DNA from: a virus
Lineage: Duplodnaviria; Heunggongvirae; Uroviricota; Caudoviricetes
Virus record (IMG/VR): IMGVR_UViG_3300021440_000016
Length of the DNA stretch: 64,000 bases
Reading direction: 5' to 3' (one strand)
How positions within the stretch are numbered: the first letter of the stretch is position 1; the number at the start of each line of letters is the position of its first letter. The translations under genes were made by a program, and so were the position numbers. The notes under the pieces are model-generated. The model saw nothing but the letters and a program-made list of their open reading frames with translations, made no database searches and was not told where the DNA came from. This document shows, piece by piece, positions 1 to 9,722 of this stretch.

Positions 1-49
1 TTTCGAACTGCTTAAGCAGAGCGAGTTTCTTAGCTACTACGCCAAAGGC

Positions 50-421
50 TTGAATAAGTACGTTGAGTTGGAGATTGAATTTACAAGCTCACCGGCAGAG
101 GAGTTCTTTATTGATTACGTGCACGATAAGAATGCGTGGGTTCAGATTAATTCCGGTGCTCTGCCTTCTCGTATCTATAAGAGGATTAAGAACTACCTCG
201 CGCTGATCAATACGGACGGTACTTTCGACTGCGTACTTTCCCTTAACGGTAAGGAAGAGACTATTGAGACCCAGCTTGAATTTGATAACGAAGAAGAAAA
301 ACTTAATTACATAAGAGAGCTACTGGATAGTCGCCAGCTCTCAACTCTTGTAGTGGAGGTCGATAACTGGGGAACAGTCTCTAAGCTTGACGCAGTCCAT
401 CAAACGGAGTACGCTAGCTAA
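50..421 (+). CDS. hypothetical protein (123 aa)
   Basis: Intact ORF, no recognisable motif. A hairpin plus T-run follows at about 455-480. Confidence 0.4.
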   Translation: MNKYVELEIEFTSSPAEEFFIDYVHDKNAWVQINSGALPSRIYKRIKNYLALINTDGTFDCVLSLNGKEETIETQLEFDNEEEKLNYIRELLDSRQLSTLVVEVDNWGTVSKLDAVHQTEYAS

Positions 422-941
422 TATGTTGTAAAAATTAGTCCCAAGCTTTTCTTGCGCAAAAGTTAGGGCGGGTTTTTTTGAAAGAGTAATAAAGTAAATT
501 TAAGGAGAGTGTGTATGAAAAAAGAAAAAATGGTTGATTCTTGTGTAGATCTTGGATTCACTTCCTTTTACGCTTCTAATGCTATCAATAACGAGGACGT
601 AAAAAAAGCCTATGTCAACAACTCTAGGCTCCGTTTTATGACCGGAGTGGAGTTGTGATTCCCGGAATTTTTCAAAGCCTTACTTCGAAAGTCTAAAAAA
701 GGAGAATCTTTTGTTCGTATCGTAAAAAATAAGGATTGTTGGGCTTTATTCCCAGCAACAAAAGGGGAATACGAAATTAGTGTAAAAAATAGGGCATCAC
801 AGGAGGTGTTTAAAGTATCGAGAACTGCGTCACAACCCTTTGTGTCACCCTCGTCCTTATTGAAAATCTACTTTAAAAATAAGGAAATTAAAGGTTATTA
901 CAGCGTGAGTCAGTTGAGTTTTACAAAAGAAGGAGTCGCTC

Positions 942-1256
942 TTGTCATCAATTTCACAAAGAAAGTCTAATCCTGTTTTTATAAATAATCTGTCAAGTTT
1001 GACAGATTCACAAGGTATATACTTTCTATATAAGAACAGAGAACTTGTCTATATCGGACAGGCTTTAAATATTAGAAGAAGGATATTTCAACATGTAAAA
1101 GCTGGAGAAAAAATGTTTAACTGTGTAAGGATTAAGGTAACTAACTTGTCAAAAAATTCTCTAGATATGCTAGAGCAGATGGAACTGAACTTATTCCTTA
1201 AAGAAAAGGGTAAGTTGCCGATTTATAATAAAATAATGATAATAAAAGGAGCTTAA
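942..1256 (+). CDS. GIY-YIG nuclease domain protein (TTG start, start uncertain)
   Basis: GIYFLYKNRELVYIGQA matches GIY-x9-YIG; Arg-rich segment follows. 104 aa. Confidence 0.55.
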   Translation: MSSISQRKSNPVFINNLSSLTDSQGIYFLYKNRELVYIGQALNIRRRIFQHVKAGEKMFNCVRIKVTNLSKNSLDMLEQMELNLFLKEKGKLPIYNKIMIIKGA

Positions 1257-1261
1257 TTAAT

Positions 1262-1681
1262 ATGACCGAAGCAACCGTGATGGCTCTAATCGTCCTGTAT
1301 TCTCAGATGTTTGGATTTGATAGCCGAGTAGCCCTTGCTGTTGCTAAAGTTGAAAGTGGATATAAAGTCAACGCCGTATCTAAGGATACTAAAGACGTTG
1401 GAGTATTTCAACTCCGAACGACTTCCTACCCCGGATACACTCGCAAGGCTCTTATGAACCCTCGCATCAACATCATGCTCGGGATACTTCATCTTAAGCG
1501 TGTTAAGGATACGTGTGTACATAAGAAAAACTTAGACTATCTCACTTGTTTTAATATGGGAGAAGCTAAGGCTAAGCGAGTTAAGTACCCGCATTTATGG
1601 AAGTATGTCAAGAAAGTGAATGACGAGATGCAACGTAATAATTACCTTGCAATCGCCAGTATTAACGGCTATACTAATTAA
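1262..1681 (+). CDS. SLT-domain lytic transglycosylase (endolysin candidate)
   Basis: VESGYKVNAVSKDTKDVGVFQL matches the family-1 LT motif ES-x5-AxS...G-x-x-Q. Confidence 0.6.
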   Translation: MTEATVMALIVLYSQMFGFDSRVALAVAKVESGYKVNAVSKDTKDVGVFQLRTTSYPGYTRKALMNPRINIMLGILHLKRVKDTCVHKKNLDYLTCFNMGEAKAKRVKYPHLWKYVKKVNDEMQRNNYLAIASINGYTN

Positions 1682-1694
1682 TAAGAGGTAATAA

Positions 1695-1874
1695 ATGGCT
1701 AAGGATAAGATGTTTAATCTGGTTACTTATCAGTCGGAACTCAAGAGCAAGCTTACCAGCGCTGTGTCCGAAAAGCACAAGAATAACCCAGAAACCTATA
1801 AGGCGTTTCTGAACAACGAACTTCGTATCGTGAATAATAAGATTGAAGCTCTGAAACTGGCAGGTGGTAAGTGA
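1695..1874 (+). CDS. hypothetical small protein (59 aa)
   Basis: ATG after an AGGT RBS-like; below the ORF-track cutoff; read manually. Confidence 0.3.
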   Translation: MAKDKMFNLVTYQSELKSKLTSAVSEKHKNNPETYKAFLNNELRIVNNKIEALKLAGGK

Positions 1875-2014
1875 GTATCAAGTTCGGACTACTTGACCTT
1901 GTTTTTGTTCCTGCTTTTTACGTTCTTGGCGGTATCGCCTCAGTAGGAACTTATCTTTTTGTTAGAATTACTGTGGACGCTTGTATTCAATTAATCACCA
2001 ATAAGGAATAATAA

Positions 2015-2821
2015 ATGAAAGCTCTAATTTCTATTCTTTCTGTTTTTGTATTGTCTAGCTGCTCTGTGGTCGGACCGGGTGAGCGCGGCATTCGCTTTCA
2101 CTTTGGTAAAGCCTCAGACGAGGTTCAGTCTCCCGGTGCTTATGTGTATTTTCCGTTCTTTGCCGGAATGACTAAAGTCAACGTGCAGGTTCAGAAGTCA
2201 GAGGTTGAGGCTAGCGCTGCATCTAAGGATATGCAGGAGATTGTTACGCACGTTGCCGTTAACTGGTCTATTAGCCCTGATAAGGTTGTTACTATCTTTA
2301 AGAATGTGGGTAATGAGGACGATATCCTTAAACGCATCATCATTCCGGCTGTCAACGAAACCACGAAGCAAGCAGCCGCTCAACGGACGGCGGAAGACGC
2401 CCTCATTCATCGTCTTGATATGAAAAAGGATATTGACCTCGGACTTAAGGATCGACTTGCTGGTTACGGCATTACGTTGCATGATGTCTCTATTGTAAAC
2501 TTTAAGTTTTCCGATGAGTTTACTAAGGCGATTGAGCGTAAGCAGATCGCAGAACAGCGGGCCAAGGAGTCGGAGTATGAAGCTCAGCAGGCTATACAAA
2601 AGGCAAAAGCCGCTGCTAATTTAGCTAAAGGCGAAGCAGAAGCTACGCTGACTCGTGCCAAAGCCGAAGCGGAAGCGCAGAAGCTTCTTAAGATGAACCT
2701 TACAAAGGAAGTTCTTAACCTTGAATATCTCAAGAAATGGAACGGCGCACTTTCTACGGTGTTGACTGGTTCAGGTTCTGGTGTTATGCTTAACATGTCT
2801 GCCGCAAATAAAAAGGAGTAA
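2015..2821 (+). CDS. SPFH/band-7 (stomatin/prohibitin-like) lipoprotein
   Basis: N-terminal signal with lipobox LSSC; GERGIRFHFGKA SPFH core; C-terminal Ala/Glu-rich coiled coil. Confidence 0.65.
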   Translation: MKALISILSVFVLSSCSVVGPGERGIRFHFGKASDEVQSPGAYVYFPFFAGMTKVNVQVQKSEVEASAASKDMQEIVTHVAVNWSISPDKVVTIFKNVGNEDDILKRIIIPAVNETTKQAAAQRTAEDALIHRLDMKKDIDLGLKDRLAGYGITLHDVSIVNFKFSDEFTKAIERKQIAEQRAKESEYEAQQAIQKAKAAANLAKGEAEATLTRAKAEAEAQKLLKMNLTKEVLNLEYLKKWNGALSTVLTGSGSGVMLNMSAANKKE

Positions 2822-2823
2822 TT

Positions 2824-3081
2824 ATGACCCGCATTCGTTACGTTATTCAGGATACTAAGCTCGTTAGCAAGCCTATGCTTGCCGGTACTATGGTTATCAC
2901 TGCAGAAATTGATTCTGTGGCCAACAAGTACTCTATTGTAGATTCTTCTGGTAAGACTCTTGCCGCTGGTTCAGCGGTTGATCTTGCTGTAGCCAAGAAG
3001 ATGGTTAAAACCCTCGCCCAATCCCTTGGGGTGGTTTTTCAGGATGAGGTTCGCCGACGCAATGCCCAAACCTCAGTTTGA
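2824..3081 (+). CDS. hypothetical protein
   Basis: ORF immediately after the SPFH gene. Confidence 0.35.
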   Translation: MTRIRYVIQDTKLVSKPMLAGTMVITAEIDSVANKYSIVDSSGKTLAAGSAVDLAVAKKMVKTLAQSLGVVFQDEVRRRNAQTSV

Positions 3082-3234
3082 TCTACTAGACGAAGTTCCT
3101 ACGCCGGGTTCTATTGAAGCTATTGAACAAGGATGTTCATGTCCGGTTAGAAAGAATAATCATGGTAAAGGGATTAATAATAATCCAAACGCTTTTGAAG
3201 TAGGGCACGATTGCCCCCCTTCACGGCGAACTAG

Positions 3235-3555
3235 ATGAGTAAAACGTATTACAACCTCACCAAGGAGCTTGTTATCTGTATGGCTAAAAAGAAAAAGGCA
3301 GTTTATCCCGGAGTTGACATCTTCAGTACGTCTGCTTACGTTACTCTAGGTAAGGGCCTTGTAGGTACTATGGTCACTGCAGATAACAAGCTCTACCTCA
3401 TGTCTCTCATCAAACCTGTTAGAGTCGGAAGCTCTTGGAAAGATGAAAATCTCGGAGAAGAGACCGTCGTAATTGAATTTGACAATCTGAAGGGTTTGGA
3501 TATACTTATAGAGTCTCTTAAAGAAATTAAGAAGAGCATGGGTAAGAAGAGATGA
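3235..3555 (+). CDS. hypothetical protein
   Basis: MSK start; overlaps the next start (ATGA). Confidence 0.4.
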   Translation: MSKTYYNLTKELVICMAKKKKAVYPGVDIFSTSAYVTLGKGLVGTMVTADNKLYLMSLIKPVRVGSSWKDENLGEETVVIEFDNLKGLDILIESLKEIKKSMGKKR

Positions 3556-3818
3556 CCAAGCCTAATAAAAAGCAAGAAAAAATAAGCCCCACTAAAACTC
3601 TCTTTGAAACCGTCAGTACTGTGATCGCTACAATTGGGTTCACGTGCGGAGGAATGCTCGTAATTACCGCACTAGTCAACGGATATTACGCCCCAGAGCG
3701 CATTTTGAACATTAAGACCGCGATTGAGACTGATATCAAGCGCTTGGACGCTCAACACGAAGAGGACTTCCGATTGCTTAGAGATAAGATAGATTATCTT
3801 GAAAGGAAATGTCCATGA
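3552..3818 (+). CDS. small membrane protein
   Basis: One hydrophobic helix TVSTVIATIGFTCGGMLVITALV. Confidence 0.4.
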   Translation: MTKPNKKQEKISPTKTLFETVSTVIATIGFTCGGMLVITALVNGYYAPERILNIKTAIETDIKRLDAQHEEDFRLLRDKIDYLERKCP

Positions 3819-4024
3819 GTAAGTTCAAAGGAAAAACAGCTCTTCAAGCGGAGATTGCAAGCCTCGTTGGCTTTCTCGGATTTGCCGCCCTGTTCGCCGG
3901 GCTCGTGGTGGCCATTTCAGGCGCAATGGGTACAGCAATGCAGTTGGCTGTGTTGTTTGGCGTGCCCGTATTGGCTCTCGCCTTCGATTTGTGCCACTCC
4001 CCTTGTGGAGGTTCGGATGAGTAA
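3809..4024 (+). CDS. small two-helix membrane protein (GC-rich island)
   Basis: Two hydrophobic segments. Ends CGGSDE, overlapping the GGAGGTTCGGATGAGT junction. Confidence 0.4.
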   Translation: MSMSKFKGKTALQAEIASLVGFLGFAALFAGLVVAISGAMGTAMQLAVLFGVPVLALAFDLCHSPCGGSDE

Positions 4025-4175
4025 GTCCAAAGAGGCCGACGAAGAGCTGGCGTCCGTCCGCGAAGAGGCCCGCCTGCTTGCCGCCCCATACGACGACGCC
4101 TACAAGAAGGGAGTCGTCTCGTTCCATACGATGCAGCTCGCGATGCAGGCCTTGGAGCTCGTTCGTGGTCGCTAA
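4017..4175 (+). CDS. small acidic protein (52 aa)
   Basis: MSK start translationally coupled to the upstream gene; I chose the internal start of track ORF 3855..4175. Confidence 0.35.
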   Translation: MSKSKEADEELASVREEARLLAAPYDDAYKKGVVSFHTMQLAMQALELVRGR

Positions 4176-4301
4176 AGTTCTACAAGCTTTGATCAACTTG
4201 TGTTGTCGTCCTCGATTAATCGTTGATCGAGATGAGGCCTTGCGAGCGAACTGGGATGAGATCATGAAGATGAAGAGGCCGGCCACGGTAGGAAAAAAAG
4301 G

Positions 4302-4448
4302 ATGAGTAAGCGGGACGTGGTGCTTTTGGCGTTTAGTGCATTCGAGTTTGTCGGTTGCGGCGGGGCGCTTGAACGCGGCGAATTGAGTGCCTCAATTGTG
4401 ATGGGCCTTGCTGGTATATCTTTTATGGCTTTGGCGGTGCTGAAATGA
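4302..4448 (+). CDS. small membrane protein (48 aa)
   Basis: GGATGAGTAAG start; the stop overlaps the next ATG (AAATGA). Confidence 0.3.
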   Translation: MSKRDVVLLAFSAFEFVGCGGALERGELSASIVMGLAGISFMALAVLK

Positions 4449-4648
4449 CCAAGCTGACTGAGGCGGCGGAGAAGTTCGTAAGGGAAATGCCGGACGAGAT
4501 TGCGGTTACGGACATTTATAAGGCTGGCTACCGCGCGGCGCTGGAGTCGGTCGCTACAATGATGGAGTCGGAACGCTATCTGGGACACGAGCTGTGGGCG
4601 ATTGAAATGGCAATGCGTATCCGCGCCCTTGGAGGTTCCGATGAGTGA
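4445..4648 (+). CDS. small protein, paralog of 9723..9968
   Basis: Begins MTKLTEAAEKFV and ends IRALGGSDE, exactly as the paralog does. Confidence 0.45.
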   Translation: MTKLTEAAEKFVREMPDEIAVTDIYKAGYRAALESVATMMESERYLGHELWAIEMAMRIRALGGSDE

Positions 4649-4817
4649 CCGTATCGAAGAAATCCGAGAGCGCGTTGAGGTAGCTCGCTTTGTCGAATAC
4701 GTCGTCCCCGGCGGGTTCCAAGAACCAAACCGCATGAAGTGCGTCGCTAGGGTAAGGTCATGTCTTGAGGACGCCAACACCGCCGAAAAGGTGGATGCTT
4801 GCTTAAAATTTGAGTAA
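4641..4817 (+). CDS. small protein
   Basis: Starts at the conserved junction GGAGGTTCCGATGAGT. Confidence 0.35.
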   Translation: MSDRIEEIRERVEVARFVEYVVPGGFQEPNRMKCVARVRSCLEDANTAEKVDACLKFE

Positions 4818-4853
4818 CACTCGGCCCTTTAAATTAAAAGTCAAAGGATTAAT

Positions 4854-5447
4854 ATGGAATTAGCGGCATTTCTTATTCTACTACTGTTATCTTTGTCTTT
4901 TCAATTAGCAGTAGAGAGGTTGATAAGATCAAAGAAGAGCGATATGTTTAAAACAGTACTAGCCGTTGTGGGTTCCATACTTTTTATTTCATTAATTCTT
5001 ACCACTATGTTTACTTTATCCGCAAAAGCGGACGATATAGCTATCCGATATTCTGTAAACGCTATCGGGTCTCCTTCTGATGTCAAGTATGTATCTATAG
5101 GACATACGTTTGATCATTATTTTCTAGAAGGAAAGCTGGAAGCAGGGCTATTGTTAGATCAACGGGTTAAAAAAAGCTCCACTGGAGTAGGCATAGCGAG
5201 CCTAGGTGTGGCACCTAAAGCCGGTAACTTCTTTATGTCCTTCCACCAAGGCATAGCCCTACTAAGTAACCCAGATGATATCTATCTAAGCGGTAATCTG
5301 CAGTTCACCGAGGATTTAGGTGTAGGATTTAGGGGTAGCAACGGCACCGCTATTGTGTTAGGCTATAGGCACATGTCAAATGCAGGGATAGTAAATCCCA
5401 ACCTAGGAAAAGACATGTTTTATTTAGAAACGAGACTTCCTCAATGA
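4854..5447 (+). CDS. PagL-like outer-membrane lipid A deacylase (start possibly at Met31)
   Basis: Signal-like N-terminus; C-terminal RHMSNAGI...YLETR resembles the PagL His-x-Ser...Glu triad. Confidence 0.45.
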   Translation: MELAAFLILLLLSLSFQLAVERLIRSKKSDMFKTVLAVVGSILFISLILTTMFTLSAKADDIAIRYSVNAIGSPSDVKYVSIGHTFDHYFLEGKLEAGLLLDQRVKKSSTGVGIASLGVAPKAGNFFMSFHQGIALLSNPDDIYLSGNLQFTEDLGVGFRGSNGTAIVLGYRHMSNAGIVNPNLGKDMFYLETRLPQ

Positions 5448-5704
5448 CGCCAGAAAAAGTTCAAGGGATTGTTTATTATCTTATTAGCCATCAAGGTAGA
5501 ATTAAAGAAAAGCTGCGTCCTTTTACTGAGCAAAGGAATAAGCTTCTTATAAACAATAGTTTGTTTAGTGAAGAAATTGTAGAGCAATATAAAGACTTGG
5601 TAACTAAGACGATTACAGACGAGCTTACAAAAGACCTAGGCGTTACTACAGAGGAAGCACGGATTGTATTAGAAGATCTTAATATGGAAGAGTATTTAGC
5701 TTGA
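5444..5704 (+). CDS. hypothetical protein
   Basis: ORF coupled to the upstream gene (ATGA overlap). Confidence 0.35.
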   Translation: MTPEKVQGIVYYLISHQGRIKEKLRPFTEQRNKLLINNSLFSEEIVEQYKDLVTKTITDELTKDLGVTTEEARIVLEDLNMEEYLA

Positions 5705-5719
5705 TAATACCGTAGCTCT

Positions 5720-6571
5720 GTGGTAGGTTATACTGTACGGAGGCTGACCAGAGCTATGGGAACGGTAATCTATTTTTCTTTTTTTTGTCTTTTAATTTCA
5801 GTGTACGTTGCAGTGCGCAAGCTTTTAGCTAGTGCTGATACTTTTTTGGGTTATGCTGCTGGCCTAATAGGAGCTGTGTGCCTTATTTATCTGGCGCTAG
5901 TTCTATTTTTTAACTCTTTCGCTAGAGCGGCCGATGATCGTTCCCACATTGCAGTAGTGGATACCGGAGCAAATATCCCAGCTGGATATGCTCGGTATAT
6001 CTGCAACGACAACTCTCATCTAGACCTTACAAATCAAGGTCTTAACGACGTTAACGGGCACGGCACCAACATCGCCGGGATTTTAGCCAAAAGTATGAAT
6101 CCCACTAGACAATGTCTTCAAATAATTAAATGGTATCATAATCAGGAACACTACGAGAAGATGAGGAAACTCTATCTTCTCGAATACCTGTCATCTAGGT
6201 CGCTTAAACACGCACTGAAGTATAAGGCCAAATTTGTAAATCTCAGTTACGGAGGCCCGGAACCCTACCCCGAAGAGTACAGAGAACTCATGAATTTGTT
6301 AAACACGGGGGCAATTGTAGCAATTGCTGCTGGAAATGAAGCAGTAAATCTAGACAATGCTTGTAATTACTATCCAGCGTGCTATGCTATTGCAAAGAAG
6401 AACTTCCATGTTGTAGGTAATAAGGGCTCAGGATCAACTAACTACGGTAACCGTGTTACGGACTGGGCAAACGGTAATAATGTAGAAGGATTTGGAGTGG
6501 TTCTAACCGGAACTAGTCAAGCAACTGCTGTGTGGCTATCCGAGGAGATTAAACGTGCATATCGTAGGTAA
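5720..6571 (+). CDS. membrane-anchored subtilisin-like serine protease (S8)
   Basis: Two N-terminal TM helices. Catalytic motifs VVDTGAN (Asp), NGHGTNIAGI (His) and GTSQATA (Ser) in canonical order. Confidence 0.55.
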   Translation: MVGYTVRRLTRAMGTVIYFSFFCLLISVYVAVRKLLASADTFLGYAAGLIGAVCLIYLALVLFFNSFARAADDRSHIAVVDTGANIPAGYARYICNDNSHLDLTNQGLNDVNGHGTNIAGILAKSMNPTRQCLQIIKWYHNQEHYEKMRKLYLLEYLSSRSLKHALKYKAKFVNLSYGGPEPYPEEYRELMNLLNTGAIVAIAAGNEAVNLDNACNYYPACYAIAKKNFHVVGNKGSGSTNYGNRVTDWANGNNVEGFGVVLTGTSQATAVWLSEEIKRAYRR

Positions 6572-6824
6572 AACGGAAGACAATAAAGAAATTGTAGCTG
6601 GAGTGTTCAAGTTTTACGACACTTACGGCGTGCCTCTATCTTTTCTCTTTGACGCCCTGCAAGAGAATAATAAAGTGATTGATATCGTAGATTTCTATCA
6701 GTTCGCTAGACAAGCCGGGTGGAAGAAACAACGAGTACTGTCACTGCTTTCGGAACACCTAGCCGATAGCTATGGAAAAGATTACAGAAACGCAGTACTG
6801 ATCAAGCTAGAGGCACTAGAATGA
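6555..6824 (+). CDS. hypothetical protein
   Basis: ORF overlapping the 3' end of the subtilase gene. Confidence 0.35.
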   Translation: MHIVGKTEDNKEIVAGVFKFYDTYGVPLSFLFDALQENNKVIDIVDFYQFARQAGWKKQRVLSLLSEHLADSYGKDYRNAVLIKLEALE

Positions 6825-6996
6825 GTATGTATTCGGGGTCAATTATTGATATACTTTCTCCAGTGGACGAGTTAGCCGGTTGCACGTGCGGGGCTTACTC
6901 CGTCAATCCCAAGCTAGAAAAAAGTAGACACGCATACCACTGCGAGTTGCTCAAATCGGAAAAGAAAAAAGACGAAGACTACGATACATATGGGTT

Positions 6997-7284
6997 TTGA
7001 GTATGAAGCTACGTAATTTTTTAAGCTGGGTTTGGGACAATGGAGGCTTTGCCATACTGGGGCTAATTCTAGCGTATGGGACTGTTAAGCTAGTTAAAGC
7101 AGACGGCTACGGAAGATCCCCCTACTACTACAGCTATCAAACAGGCTGCTACAACGCCTACTATAATGAGTGTAGCTTTCATGAAAACGAAAGACAAAAA
7201 GAAGCTTGCTTTAACAGAGGTTTAGACTCGTGCGAAGCGCAGGCAAAGCAGTTTGCGGACTGGATAGTTAATGCAAGTGAATAA
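6997..7284 (+). CDS. small Cys-rich membrane/secreted protein
   Basis: N-terminal hydrophobic helix and six Cys. Confidence 0.35.
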   Translation: MSMKLRNFLSWVWDNGGFAILGLILAYGTVKLVKADGYGRSPYYYSYQTGCYNAYYNECSFHENERQKEACFNRGLDSCEAQAKQFADWIVNASE

Positions 7285-7483
7285 GCGGTATAAGCATAAT
7301 AACGCTCTAGATACAGCTTTTCATACCAGTCATTTAGTAGATGAGACCAATTCTACATTGACATTTGAGGGTGGATGGTTTAACATCAGCTACACACCTC
7401 ACTTCTTCATAGAAGTAGATACTATTACTATTAATAAGTCAGACTTAGACAACTGGAGACAGCTAGATGAACCAATCGAATAA
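7271..7483 (+). CDS. hypothetical protein
   Basis: ORF only. Confidence 0.3.
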   Translation: MQVNKRYKHNNALDTAFHTSHLVDETNSTLTFEGGWFNISYTPHFFIEVDTITINKSDLDNWRQLDEPIE

Positions 7484-9323
7484 GCTACTATCTGATATTG
7501 TAGCTTTCCGTACTTACGCAAAGTTCCTTCCCCACGCAGGTCGTCGAGAGATTTTAGAAGAGTCTATCAATCGAGAAATGATGATGCATCTCGATAAGTT
7601 CCCTAAGTTGTCTAGGGATATTGTCAAGGCATTTCGTAAGGTTCATGATCTAGAAGTCATGCCCTCAATGCGAGGGTTGCAGTTCGCCGGGGATGCAATC
7701 CTCAAGAATAATGCCCGTCAATACAACTGCTCCTTCACTCCTATCGATCACGTAAAAACTTTCTCAGAAGTATTATTTCTCCTACTATCTGGAGTTGGAG
7801 TAGGATTTTCCGTTCAACGCAGACATATTAACAATCTCCCCAAAGTCGGTACTCCTAGGGAAGAGGGTCGATTTATTATCCACGACTCTATTTTAGGATG
7901 GGCACAAGCTGTAGATGCTCTAATGGATGCCTATTTCAATAACTCAATCAAACCAGTATTTGATTACTCAGCAATTCGTCCTAAAGGATCTTACCTTGTC
8001 ACTACTGGTGCGAAAGCTCCCGGTACTGAACCGTTGAAGTATATGTTACAAGCAGTAGAAGCTAGGCTTAAAGAGGCCCAAGGTCGCAAGCTTAGGGCTA
8101 TTGAAGTACACGATATTGTCTGTCTTATTTCAGATTGCGTCCTAGCTGGTGGAATTAGACGAGCTGCCCTTCTATCCCTATTTGATCGCGACGATACTGA
8201 AATGCTTACGGCTAAGTCTGGTGAGTGGTGGGTAAAGCACCCCTACCGTGCAAGGGCAAATAACAGCGCTGTACTCCCACGAGCAGAAGTAACCAAAGAT
8301 GAATTCATGGAAATCTTTCGAACCTGCAAAGACAGCGGCGCGGGGGAACCGGGCTTTAGCTGGACGAATAATCCAGACTGGGGATTTAACCCCTGCCATG
8401 AGATCGCTCTTAACCCCAATCAGTTTTGTAACCTCTCTACTATCAACCAAACTGGCATTCGTAACGAGAAGGACTTCCTAGATCGAGTATACTCAGCTAC
8501 CCTCCTAGGCACCCTACAAGCAGCGTACACGGACTTCCCATTCCTACGGTCTAAGTGGAAAGAAACCACCGAAAGAGAAGCGTTAATCGGTGCGTCAATG
8601 ACCGGCATTGCGGACGCTGCCGGAATCGTTACCCCCGCTATGCTAGAGAAGGGCGCCAAGCTAGCGCTGGAAGTTAATGAGAAGTACGCAAAGAAGATAG
8701 GCATTAACCCTGCCGCTCGTCTTACCGCTATTAAGCCAGAAGGTACTAGTAGTACTGTACTAGGCTCATCTAGCGGCATCCACGCTCGTCATGCAGAGTA
8801 CTACTTACGACGCATTCGTATGAATAAGAATGACGCCCTAGCTACCTACCTTTCTTCAGTAGTACCAGAACTAGTTGAAGATGACGTTACCGCTTCTAAT
8901 GGCATCGTAGTTACTATCCCACAGGAGTCACCGGCTGGAGCTATTATCCGTGACGCTGAAACAGCTATGTCATTGTTCAATCGCTCAATGATGTATAATA
9001 AACACTGGGTTGAACCCGGACATCGTAGCGGGGATAATAAACACAATGTATCCTGTACTATTTCAGTAAAGGATAACGAGTGGGAAGAACTAGCCGAGGC
9101 CATGTGGAACGCTAGGCATGAATACTCAGGGATGTCTCTACTACCCTTCGACGGCGGTAGCTACCGTCAGGCCCCCTTTGAAGCTTGTACAAAAGAGAAA
9201 TATGAAGAACTATCTAAGCTTGTGAAGGAAATCGATCTAAAGCAAGTTAAGGAAGAAGAAGACAATACTAATCGAATGGAAAGTATTGCTTGCTCTGGCG
9301 GACTTTGTGAGTTACCATTATAA
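7467..9323 (+). CDS. ribonucleotide reductase, class II (B12-dependent)-like
   Basis: Active-site-like NPCHEIALNPNQFCNLS (N-x-C-x-E) and C-terminal CSGGLC redox pair. Confidence 0.55.
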   Translation: MNQSNKLLSDIVAFRTYAKFLPHAGRREILEESINREMMMHLDKFPKLSRDIVKAFRKVHDLEVMPSMRGLQFAGDAILKNNARQYNCSFTPIDHVKTFSEVLFLLLSGVGVGFSVQRRHINNLPKVGTPREEGRFIIHDSILGWAQAVDALMDAYFNNSIKPVFDYSAIRPKGSYLVTTGAKAPGTEPLKYMLQAVEARLKEAQGRKLRAIEVHDIVCLISDCVLAGGIRRAALLSLFDRDDTEMLTAKSGEWWVKHPYRARANNSAVLPRAEVTKDEFMEIFRTCKDSGAGEPGFSWTNNPDWGFNPCHEIALNPNQFCNLSTINQTGIRNEKDFLDRVYSATLLGTLQAAYTDFPFLRSKWKETTEREALIGASMTGIADAAGIVTPAMLEKGAKLALEVNEKYAKKIGINPAARLTAIKPEGTSSTVLGSSSGIHARHAEYYLRRIRMNKNDALATYLSSVVPELVEDDVTASNGIVVTIPQESPAGAIIRDAETAMSLFNRSMMYNKHWVEPGHRSGDNKHNVSCTISVKDNEWEELAEAMWNARHEYSGMSLLPFDGGSYRQAPFEACTKEKYEELSKLVKEIDLKQVKEEEDNTNRMESIACSGGLCELPL

Positions 9324-9534
9324 TAATATGAGGAATGCTTTGAGAAATCTAATTCTAATTGTTGGTTTACTGGCTCTCAGTGGATGTGGTAAGCGCGTGT
9401 GTGTCACTGAAACAATTTTCTCCGTTGGTGGTTGTAATAAAGATGGTCGCTGTGGAGTTTTAACCGAGAGTGGGGCTAGAACAGCTCACCTACCAGTTCC
9501 AGGAACAAAATATGAGTTCTGTCATTACGAATAA
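9286..9534 (+). CDS. small lipoprotein
   Basis: Signal LILIVGLLALSGC with lipobox; Cys-rich mature part. Confidence 0.45.
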   Translation: MLALADFVSYHYNNMRNALRNLILIVGLLALSGCGKRVCVTETIFSVGGCNKDGRCGVLTESGARTAHLPVPGTKYEFCHYE

Positions 9535-9722
9535 TCTATGTTCAAAATCATCTTCACCCTCATCGTAGCTACCTCAAACACCCACGTCACCTTAGAAGTG
9601 AAAGGTACTGGTGGACTTCCTGAATGTAATAAGGCAGCGAAGTACATACAGCAGAAGTTTGAGAAATTGGACTATGCAGTTACGTATGAGTGTGTTAAGA
9701 TAGATTGAGATGGAGCATAGCA

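Noticed and set aside
2198-2599. Antisense or alternate-frame ORFs inside well-supported genes (e.g. 2198..2599 -, 3825..4286 -, 9981..10538 -, 40274..40519 +, 54416..54757 +, 58425..58649 +, 60216..60608 -)
   Set aside because: Each is fully contained within a longer ORF that has recognisable motifs or coherent operon context. GC-rich or repetitive sequence generates long spurious frames.
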